Below are positions 51,260 to 57,922 of a stretch of 64,000 bases of DNA, piece by piece. This DNA comes from Candidatus Nanopelagicales bacterium (lineage in GTDB: Bacteria > Actinomycetota > Actinomycetes > S36-B12). Where the stretch lies: positions 3,079 to 67,078 of the forward strand of contig JBIHZX010000002.1 in NCBI GenBank assembly GCA_044240195.1, read 5' to 3'. Under the pieces are notes generated by a model. It had not been told where the DNA came from and did not search any database. It was given only the letters and a program-made list of their open reading frames with translations. The position numbers and the translations under genes are program-made. Positions within the stretch are counted from its first letter, which is position 1. Each line of letters starts with the position of its first letter.

Positions 51260-52183
51260 TCAACGACGTTTACAGTAGTCACTGTTTGCATCCCCATTAG
51301 AAAATGGCAGATTTAACACTCTTGCACGATCTGAATCAGAAAAATAGCTTCCCTCGTACCAGCAAACAGAGTAAAGAGAGTATTTAACATCTGCATTTGA
51401 CTTAAAACTTGAATCAAGAACCGGATTCTTTTTACGCAAATCTACTATTCCTAAATCCATGAAAGTGCCAAGGGAATCAGGGGACGCCGGTGGAAGCATG
51501 CCGACTTCAGATGCAATTAATTGGTCTTTCTTGATAAAGATGCCCGACAATAAGCTCTCACGCGAGTCATTTTCAATTGCAGGTGGGATTGTATTTAAAA
51601 TCTTCTTAATTGAATCTGATGGCTCTAATAGATGACCGAGCCGAAGCATAATCCCGCATGGGTGAATAATATTGATTGTAAATTGATAATTTCCTTCAGA
51701 AATATACTGGGCAGCAGCAACAATCTCACCATCAAAAGGTGCTTTAATAGAGATCCCCTTTACAACTCCTCCAAATTCAGACCAGCGAAGACCGGCATGT
51801 GGTTTGTAACTTCCACCTCGGATTTGACCAGGTTGAACAATCGAAAGAACTTTTGAAAAATCTAATAACTCCCCGGTTGGAATCAATGGGGATGGACATT
51901 GAGGAACACTTCCTTGAGAGATCCACTCTTTACCATCAAAGCGCCAAACAACTGGAGCTTTATTTGAAGTAGAGGCAGGGGCTGGCTTTGTAATCCGCAC
52001 GCCCTTGCTCCAAGTTAATTTGTTTCCAGATTTAACACACTTATATTTGAACCCTGAGTCAACAACTGTGTTACCTAGTTTCTTGCATTCTCCTCCTGCT
52101 TTGACAGCTGCGATTGCGCTAGGCCATAAGAGAGAGAGCACCAAAGAAGCGAGAACGATAGAAACAAAATGGGCTCGCTTCAT
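51260..52183 (-). CDS. secreted paralogue with the same N-terminal Cys-pair module and a degenerate LytM/M23-like domain (cassette gene B)
   Basis: ATG at 52183 gives the signal peptide MKRAHFVSIVLASLVLSLLWPSAIA. Module CKKLGNTVVDSGFKYKCVKSGNKLTWSKGV. The M23-like stretch is IKAPFDGEIV ... FTINIIHPCGIMLRLGHL. The track start at 52252 adds 23 aa. Confidence 0.7.
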   Translation of the reverse strand: MKRAHFVSIVLASLVLSLLWPSAIAAVKAGGECKKLGNTVVDSGFKYKCVKSGNKLTWSKGVRITKPAPASTSNKAPVVWRFDGKEWISQGSVPQCPSPLIPTGELLDFSKVLSIVQPGQIRGGSYKPHAGLRWSEFGGVVKGISIKAPFDGEIVAAAQYISEGNYQFTINIIHPCGIMLRLGHLLEPSDSIKKILNTIPPAIENDSRESLLSGIFIKKDQLIASEVGMLPPASPDSLGTFMDLGIVDLRKKNPVLDSSFKSNADVKYSLYSVCWYEGSYFSDSDRARVLNLPFSNGDANSDYCKRR

Positions 52184-52248
52184 CCCACAACCTTGCATTC
52201 TTGTCTTGAAAAAGTCAAGCAGTCGCAATCGATAATGCGTGCGAGGTT

Positions 52249-52319
52249 GCATTTATGACCCCTTGACCAGAAAACGTGGAATTACCCAGGCTGAAGAGGA
52301 CCAATCCCCTATCCTCCGC
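52249..52319. repeat. cassette-end unit U2 (~71 bp), ending in a displaced tRNA-Ser 3' end
   Basis: gcatttatgacccc...attacccaggctgaagaggaccaatcccctatcctccgc. Confidence 0.85.
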
Positions 52320-52327
52320 CAGAGCAA

Positions 52328-52356
52328 GCCCTCGCCACATCAGGCGAGGGCTTTTT
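52328..52356 (+). terminator. intrinsic terminator oriented for plus-strand transcription
   Basis: 9-bp perfect stem gccctcgcc/ggcgagggc, loop acatca, then TTTTT on the plus strand only. It straddles the stop codon of the minus-strand DUF2142 gene. Confidence 0.6.
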
Positions 52357-53815
52357 CATGCCTCTCAGAACTCCCCATGAATACCCCCGCTACAAACACC
52401 ACACCGGCTAAAACCGCAACGGTGATCGTAACAATTAGTGGAGGGCCATAGGACCAGACAATGTTTACAGAGAAAACGTCATTGACACCATTTGAGCCAT
52501 CTGTCGCAACGGATGAATAGCGGTGCGCATTGACCCAGATGGCCAAACTGGTGGAGATCCAAAGTCCACAAACGATCAGGATCGCGGGAACTCGTTGAAT
52601 TTGAATAGGGGTTTTCACTCGCGCAGGAATCATCACGACGGTAATCAATACTGCGAAGAGCGGTAATAGATATCGAGATTGCACGACTTCACCCACTGCA
52701 ATTCCCTGGGTTTGCATAAAGACCAATGGAAAACCAATAAAGGCGATGAAGGTGACGGTGAGTGCAACCGCTTTGTTCGCCCACACGTGCGAAAGTCCAA
52801 CATAGGCAATTGCTCCGATGACAAGAAGACCGATGACTGAAACGAATGCAGGAAGCACAGTGTCATTCCACCCGAGTGGCCAACCGCCCACTATCCCTTG
52901 CACCAAGTACGGGAACTGAATGAGATTTGTCCAGAGCAAGTTTGAGGTGTGCTCGGAGGTTCCCAGTTGACCGGAAGCTTCGACCGGAGTCACCATGAAA
53001 TACGTCACCGCTCCAGCAACTGCTAACACCACCATCAATAGTGAAGCGGGGACGTGCCCGATGATTCTGCGCCTCCCAGCCAGGGCAAATACAGCAATGG
53101 TGATCACACTAAGAAATGCAGCGGAATCAACTCGTGAAGACATTGCCATAATCGCGCTGATACACATGGCCACCGCGATCACCCATGTGCCCGGGTTCCG
53201 CCATGAACTTCGATACAGCAACGCCAATCCAAACGCAAAGAAATAAAGAGACCCCGCGATTGCCCAGCCACTGGGATTAGTGGATGCCACCAAGAACATG
53301 CCGAGTGGAATTAACGTCACGGCGATTGCCACCAATGTTGCTTGTCGGATTCCACTAGGAACAAAACGAATCAACGCAGCCATCAGTGCTGACACGACGA
53401 GCACGCTAAACAGCCGCATGAGATAAACAGATTTCTCTACATCACTTCCCACAAAAACCGACATAACGCTGTAATAACCGCCCGGATATAACTGTTGAAT
53501 GTTGTTCACTCGTTCGGTCAAGATCATTTCTGTGGAATTCAACTCACTCGCGTTGCATTCACCCGTGACATTAGGTTTGGTCGCAAAACAAAATGCGGAA
53601 TTCACGGCGCCCGCGGCAACAATAAATTTCTGCGGTACCAGGCCCGTGTCCTGGCATGCCTGATCCCGATCGCCTTGGGCGCACCAAATGGAAGCTAAGT
53701 GGTAGTCGTCGTCAGGAGCCGATCCCACCGGAGAAGTCACTGCCCACGCGCAGCCCAATAAAAAAAAGGAAATAGGAAGCCACACCCACTTCCAAGTTAA
53801 CAGTAGGTGGGCCAC
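52340..53815 (-). CDS. DUF2142-like polytopic membrane protein (putative GT-C-type glycosyltransferase)
   Basis: About 12 TM segments and the N-terminal loop motif SPVGSAPDDDYHLASIWC typical of DUF2142. GTG start at 53815. Confidence 0.75.
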   Translation of the reverse strand: MAHLLLTWKWVWLPISFFLLGCAWAVTSPVGSAPDDDYHLASIWCAQGDRDQACQDTGLVPQKFIVAAGAVNSAFCFATKPNVTGECNASELNSTEMILTERVNNIQQLYPGGYYSVMSVFVGSDVEKSVYLMRLFSVLVVSALMAALIRFVPSGIRQATLVAIAVTLIPLGMFLVASTNPSGWAIAGSLYFFAFGLALLYRSSWRNPGTWVIAVAMCISAIMAMSSRVDSAAFLSVITIAVFALAGRRRIIGHVPASLLMVVLAVAGAVTYFMVTPVEASGQLGTSEHTSNLLWTNLIQFPYLVQGIVGGWPLGWNDTVLPAFVSVIGLLVIGAIAYVGLSHVWANKAVALTVTFIAFIGFPLVFMQTQGIAVGEVVQSRYLLPLFAVLITVVMIPARVKTPIQIQRVPAILIVCGLWISTSLAIWVNAHRYSSVATDGSNGVNDVFSVNIVWSYGPPLIVTITVAVLAGVVFVAGVFMGSSERHEKALA

Positions 53816-53999
53816 AGACTCAACCTACTGTGCTGCACACGAAGAATTGCTGTACTTGACCCTGAAGTCAGCAGACCGACCATGAATAGGTTTCAGGTCG
53901 GTAACAGGAGTGATTACGCTCTTGCCGTGGGCGATTTCACCAAGTACTGTCAGGGAGTTACGCTGTGGATAGCCATTACGGGAGACAGAGGTTCTAGTT

Positions 54000-54545
54000 G
54001 TGAAACCATCATCTCGTCGAATTACCGCTCTTGTGTCATCAGCGGTACTTGCCAGTAGCCTCGCAGCATGTGATTCGGATACGCCCGAGGCATCAGATTC
54101 ATCAGATGCCTCCACCTCAACACAGGTGAAGGGGACCGCCGCCAAGGGCGACCCCACTCCATTAGAGGTCCTCATGGAGTCCGGCAAACCAGAGGGGGAT
54201 TACCGCTACACCCCCGAAAAATTCTGGGTATTAAAATTATCTGACGGGACATGGGAAGTTGGGCTTACCAACTTCGCCCAAGAAGCCCTGGGCGATATTG
54301 TCTTTTTGGAATTTCCACAACTAGTACCTGGTTCCACCATTACAGCTGGCATACCCTTTGGCGGCGTGGAGTCAACCAAGGCTTTGAGTGAGATTTTATT
54401 ACCCTTTGGCGGCGTCGTCACGGAAATAAATACGGGATTAGCCCCAGAAAAAATCAACCAGGACCCGTATGGCTCCTGGTTGATAAGACTGACACCAGGC
54501 GATCCCAACGCATTTGTTGATTTGCTCAGCACAATAACGACCTAG
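54000..54545 (+). CDS. glycine-cleavage H-protein homologue with N-terminal lipoprotein signal peptide
   Basis: GTG at 54000 follows GAGG. MKPSSRRITALVSSAVLASSLAAC has a lipobox and is followed by a D/S/T-rich linker. The GcvH core then runs YTPEKFWV...LGDIVFLEFP...VESTKALSEILLPFGGVVTEIN with the lipoyl-Lys position kept. The alternative ATG at 54174 would give a canonical 123-aa cytoplasmic form. Confidence 0.75.
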   Translation: MKPSSRRITALVSSAVLASSLAACDSDTPEASDSSDASTSTQVKGTAAKGDPTPLEVLMESGKPEGDYRYTPEKFWVLKLSDGTWEVGLTNFAQEALGDIVFLEFPQLVPGSTITAGIPFGGVESTKALSEILLPFGGVVTEINTGLAPEKINQDPYGSWLIRLTPGDPNAFVDLLSTITT

Positions 54546-54581
54546 GAGACCGACCCTCACCTCGTTTTACTACCCTACGAG

Positions 54582-56444
54582 TCATTCGATTGCGTCAGGA
54601 TCTACAGGATCATTTCCTTCGGGCTCCTCCTCGCGATTAGCCTCTTCGGAATTCCCGTTATCTGGGTCCGCGCCGGGATCAGAGTCCGCACCAGGATCAC
54701 CACCAGGATCACCACCAGAATCTGGGTCCGCGCCGGGATCAGAGTCCGTACCAGGATCACCACCAGAATCTGGGTCCGCGCCGGGATCAGGTTCCGCACC
54801 GGATTCAGAGTCCGCGCTATTTTCATTTCCGCTGCTGTCTACGGCATCGCGCCGATCGGACTCGCGAGCTTCTTCGACGAAGGTCCAATCAACGCTCTCT
54901 GCTTTGACGTCCTCCACTGACACCAGGTAGGACCGCTCAGCCTCGTCATACATGACTTCGGCGTACTCGACCTCTTCAGAGCTGCTATCGAATTCAACGT
55001 CATACTCAAGGGTTCGATCGCCCTCCTCATTGAAAAGTTCAACCAGTGCGTCGCCAACATCGTTGGTCGCCACGGTGAAGTAATCTCCTTCTGTCTCCTC
55101 CAGGTCTATAAAATCGACGCTGTTGAGTCCGTAGGCGACGTTGAGATCGGCCATCGCACCCTCGGGAAGTTGCACCAAGAGCTCAGCAGCCTCATCGACG
55201 GTGAAAGCGGCCCCGGATTCTTGGGAGGTGAGGCCCGAGAGGGTGACTCTCGGTGCGTTATACGCGTCGATCGACATTGTGATGGATGCTGGGTTTGAGT
55301 TATCGCTAACCAATCTCGGCGCTACAGAAAATGCTTCAACAAGATTCTTATCGATTCTTAACGTCGTCCCCTTGCCCGACAGGGTCGATCCAAGGATGGA
55401 ACGCGCAGCGACTCCCGGAGGCAGTTGCTCGGTGAGACTCATCGTGTCGTAATCCACGCCATCGACTGTAATAGTGGCGCCGACACGAGCCTCGGGGTCA
55501 GATGAAGTGAGCATCAATTCGTATTCTCCATCGGCAAGCGCAGCGCGCTTAGAGCCTTTATCAACGAACGACCCTTTAGCCGGAAGTATCCGGCTGTCCA
55601 TCGCAGTGAGTTCGATCGTTCCTTGACCGCCCTGCCAAATGCTGGGCTCTTCGTTGGGGTTCGTCGATGCCGCTTCATAGCTCCACTGCTCACTGCCCCG
55701 GTCGATAAAAATCTGCTGCACTGTGCCCGGATAGTTGTTGTCGTAGACGTCGACCACAATCTGGTCGCCCTCCTGCGTCACAGCGATTGGGTTGACCGCG
55801 TGACCACCGTATTCGGAGTAGATTCCCATCGTGTGGCCACTGCCGGACTCGAGCCCGAGGGCTAGTTCCTCCGCGATCTCGGAGGGCTGCAACTTTTGGT
55901 AGGCCGTAAAATTCTCCTGGACGGGCGCGAGCAATTGCGTTGCGTACCACATGGCCATCTGGGCTCTGACCTCACGATTTTCGAAGGCGAGGTCATAAGT
56001 CGAAACCGCGTTGGGATCGAGATCTTCGAGCTGCTCGTCGCCCCGAAAAAGGCGCTCCGCCATGACCGCTATTCCCTCGCAAATGCCCCCCTTCATCGCC
56101 TCATTGACCTGCTTCGCCCACTTCTTCGCGGCCGGGTAGAGCACGCACCCCTTCGACGTCCTCTCCGCACAGACTGCCTTGGCCCCGAAAAGCGCCACCA
56201 TGCTTGTCGCGTCGAGTTCGCCGGTCTTACCCCAGTTCGGAAAGTTGAAGCCGTCGACCGTTGGATCAAACCCGCTGTAAATGCTGAAATCCTGCGAGGA
56301 TGACGTGGAACCCTTTTCCTCGGTCACACCCAATTGCTCTGACTCGGAGGACTCCGGTGTACCTGAACCGCACGCCGACAGAACACAGGCAAGTACGGTG
56401 ATGGGCACGAGCGACATAAATTTACGAGAAGATCGTTCCCACAT
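54582..56444 (-). CDS. large lipoprotein with putative papain-like Cys/His/Asp arrangement and an acidic C-terminal repeat tail
   Basis: Signal peptide with lipobox LSAC. GGICEGIAVMA ... GGHAVNPIAV ... VYDNNYPG occur in Cys-His-Asp/Asn order. The C-terminus has DPGADPDSGGDPG repeats. No family was recognised with certainty. Confidence 0.75.
   Translation of the reverse strand: MWERSSRKFMSLVPITVLACVLSACGSGTPESSESEQLGVTEEKGSTSSSQDFSIYSGFDPTVDGFNFPNWGKTGELDATSMVALFGAKAVCAERTSKGCVLYPAAKKWAKQVNEAMKGGICEGIAVMAERLFRGDEQLEDLDPNAVSTYDLAFENREVRAQMAMWYATQLLAPVQENFTAYQKLQPSEIAEELALGLESGSGHTMGIYSEYGGHAVNPIAVTQEGDQIVVDVYDNNYPGTVQQIFIDRGSEQWSYEAASTNPNEEPSIWQGGQGTIELTAMDSRILPAKGSFVDKGSKRAALADGEYELMLTSSDPEARVGATITVDGVDYDTMSLTEQLPPGVAARSILGSTLSGKGTTLRIDKNLVEAFSVAPRLVSDNSNPASITMSIDAYNAPRVTLSGLTSQESGAAFTVDEAAELLVQLPEGAMADLNVAYGLNSVDFIDLEETEGDYFTVATNDVGDALVELFNEEGDRTLEYDVEFDSSSEEVEYAEVMYDEAERSYLVSVEDVKAESVDWTFVEEARESDRRDAVDSSGNENSADSESGAEPDPGADPDSGGDPGTDSDPGADPDSGGDPGGDPGADSDPGADPDNGNSEEANREEEPEGNDPVDPDAIE
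54661..54810. repeat. in-frame tandem DNA repeat (60-bp unit, 48-bp unit, partial third unit) inside the lipoprotein gene
   Basis: tctgggtccgcgccgggatcagagtccg(c/t)accaggatcaccaccag... starts at 54661, 54721 and 54769. The first unit has an extra 12-bp gatcaccaccag. Confidence 0.9.
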
Positions 56445-56632
56445 ACGCCCTCCAACTACTCACGAACACAATGGACAATTGTCTCACGGCGGTAAACCGG
56501 GTCTGCCTTCAACCCGAAGGTCAGAAGTTGAGTGCCAACTCCACCTCTGACTCTCGTCAAATCACCGACCGGGTGCACCCGACTTCAAGGGCAAAAGAAT
56601 CCGCCAAGCCGGGTATTTGTACAGTTCTCTGC

Positions 56633-56722
56633 GGTGGCGTGTCCGAGCGGCCAAAGGAGCGCGCCTCGAAAGCGCGTGTGGGGGCAACCTCACCGTGGGT
56701 TCAAATCCCACCGCCACCGCCA
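56633..56722 (+). tRNA. tRNA-Ser (anticodon CGA), CCA encoded
   Basis: A manual cloverleaf gives acceptor ggtggcg/cgccacc, anticodon loop ctCGAaa, a long variable arm, T-loop ttcaaat and a 3' gCCA. Confidence 0.92.
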
Positions 56723-56771
56723 TAAATTTTTTGAGGGATTTGGGAGGAAGCAACGCTAGTTGCTGACGGCT

Positions 56772-56787
56772 CCCACCGCCACCGCCA
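56772..56787. repeat. 16-nt duplicate of the tRNA-Ser(CGA) 3' end (cccaccgccaccgcca)
   Basis: Identical to 56707-56722 and located 49 nt downstream of the tRNA. Confidence 0.85.
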
Positions 56788-56805
56788 CACGTTTTTACTT
56801 TTGGG

Positions 56806-57465
56806 CTAACCCTGACTTGGTGATTCTGAGACACCCGCGGATTCACTTACTGACTCACTCGGGAGGACATCGGGAATTGGGCAGCCTGCAGGCGAAGCAC
56901 TCGGTGATGGTTGTGCAAGTTGAGCAACTACTTCGGCGTCGTTGGCTAGATCAACAAATTGGATGCCGAGAACAACGTCAATTCGTTTTCCAGCACGACC
57001 GTCATTTACCAGGGTTGCACCAGGGAAGTGATACGACATGAGTTCGGCACTCGCTTCACCCTTGGGTCCGTAACGAATCTCTCCTTGGCCTTCAATCACT
57101 ACACCGAGTGGATCGTTCTCAACCTTAGCTATCGGGAAACCACGAGCACTAAGAATCTTGGATAAATCTCCCGCAAGGCCAACTCGCTTGGTTGAGTTAT
57201 AAACATTGACGCTTACTCGGGAAGCCAGCGGTAACACCTCGGCCGGAGTAACCATGATGGTGGTACAACCGGGAACGGATGTCGAACTACTGGGAGATGC
57301 GCTCGCATCAGCGCTATCAGTTCCACCGGAGCCCTTAAGCAGTGTGGCAATCCCAAATCCAATACCGAAAAGAACCAGCATTGCGACCAGAATGAGCAGG
57401 ACCGTTAGCCAGAGCGGCCGCTGGGCAGGCCGAGTCTTGGGTCGGTTAATTCCACGTGTTGACAT
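56806..57465 (-). CDS. LytR C-terminal (LytR_C) domain membrane-anchored protein
   Basis: N-terminal TM anchor, S/T/A-rich linker, and a C-terminal VNVYNSTKRVGLAGDLSKILSARGF pattern typical of LytR_C. Confidence 0.8.
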   Translation of the reverse strand: MSTRGINRPKTRPAQRPLWLTVLLILVAMLVLFGIGFGIATLLKGSGGTDSADASASPSSSTSVPGCTTIMVTPAEVLPLASRVSVNVYNSTKRVGLAGDLSKILSARGFPIAKVENDPLGVVIEGQGEIRYGPKGEASAELMSYHFPGATLVNDGRAGKRIDVVLGIQFVDLANDAEVVAQLAQPSPSASPAGCPIPDVLPSESVSESAGVSESPSQG

Positions 57466-57475
57466 TGCGTTCAGT

Positions 57476-57922
57476 TTAGCGTTTCTCGCGCAAAAATTCT
57501 TTTAGTAATTGAGACGATTCACTCTCCAAAACACCGGGAATTACTTCGACCTGGTGATTCATCCGCGGGTCGCGAACTAGGTCCCACCGAGATCCGACCG
57601 CTCCGTATTCCTCATTCCATGCACCAATTACCAGCCGCGGTATTCGCGACATAGTGATCGCCCCAGCACACATCGGACACGGTTCCAGGGTCACATACAT
57701 TGTCGAATTGAGAATTCGCCAGTCATTCAATTTCGCTCCCGCTTCACGCAACGCCAGAATCTCCGCGTGCGCGGTCGGATCCTTGAGTTGCTCGCGGGAA
57801 TTCCCTGCCCGTGCAATCACATCACCCTGGTCGGAAACAATCACTGCACCAATGGGGATGTCCCCCCGCTCACCTGCAAGCTTTGCTTGCTCTAAAGCTT
57901 CACGCATGTACTCTTCGTTCAC
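57476..57922 (-). CDS. tadA: tRNA-specific adenosine deaminase
   Basis: CDA zinc motifs HAEILAL and PCPMCAGA. Confidence 0.9.
   Translation of the reverse strand: MNEEYMREALEQAKLAGERGDIPIGAVIVSDQGDVIARAGNSREQLKDPTAHAEILALREAGAKLNDWRILNSTMYVTLEPCPMCAGAITMSRIPRLVIGAWNEEYGAVGSRWDLVRDPRMNHQVEVIPGVLESESSQLLKEFLREKR

Larger units (their letters stand above)
51201..52319. mobile_element. putative integrated single-gene cassette 2 (older, with a shorter repeat)
   Basis: It lies between the U1 core and the U2 core (17-nt match aatcccctatcctccgc to the tRNA). It is AT-rich and carries the paralogous gene B. Confidence 0.4.

Noticed and set aside
50141-52319. c-di-AMP (ydaO-type) riboswitch or 5' leader function for the repeated ~70-bp units
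   Set aside because: acgggggattaccca superficially recalls ydaO cores, and wall-hydrolase genes are often ydaO-regulated in Actinobacteria. However, the units lie upstream of the gene A promoter and on the wrong side of the leaderless start. The other conserved ydaO blocks are absent. The units end in tRNA-derived sequence, which fits att remnants better.
53816-53999. Possible glycine riboswitch upstream of the GcvH-like gene
   Set aside because: I looked for the tandem GGAGAG...CACCGAAGGGGCAA-type cores and found none. Only an unremarkable 7-bp hairpin (accgacc/ggtcggt) is present.
53825-54187. 120-aa minus-strand ORF
   Set aside because: It overlaps the N-terminal signal-peptide and linker region of the GcvH-like gene on the opposite strand. 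It has no motifs or signal features, so it is probably spurious. It remains the main competitor to the long GcvH start model.
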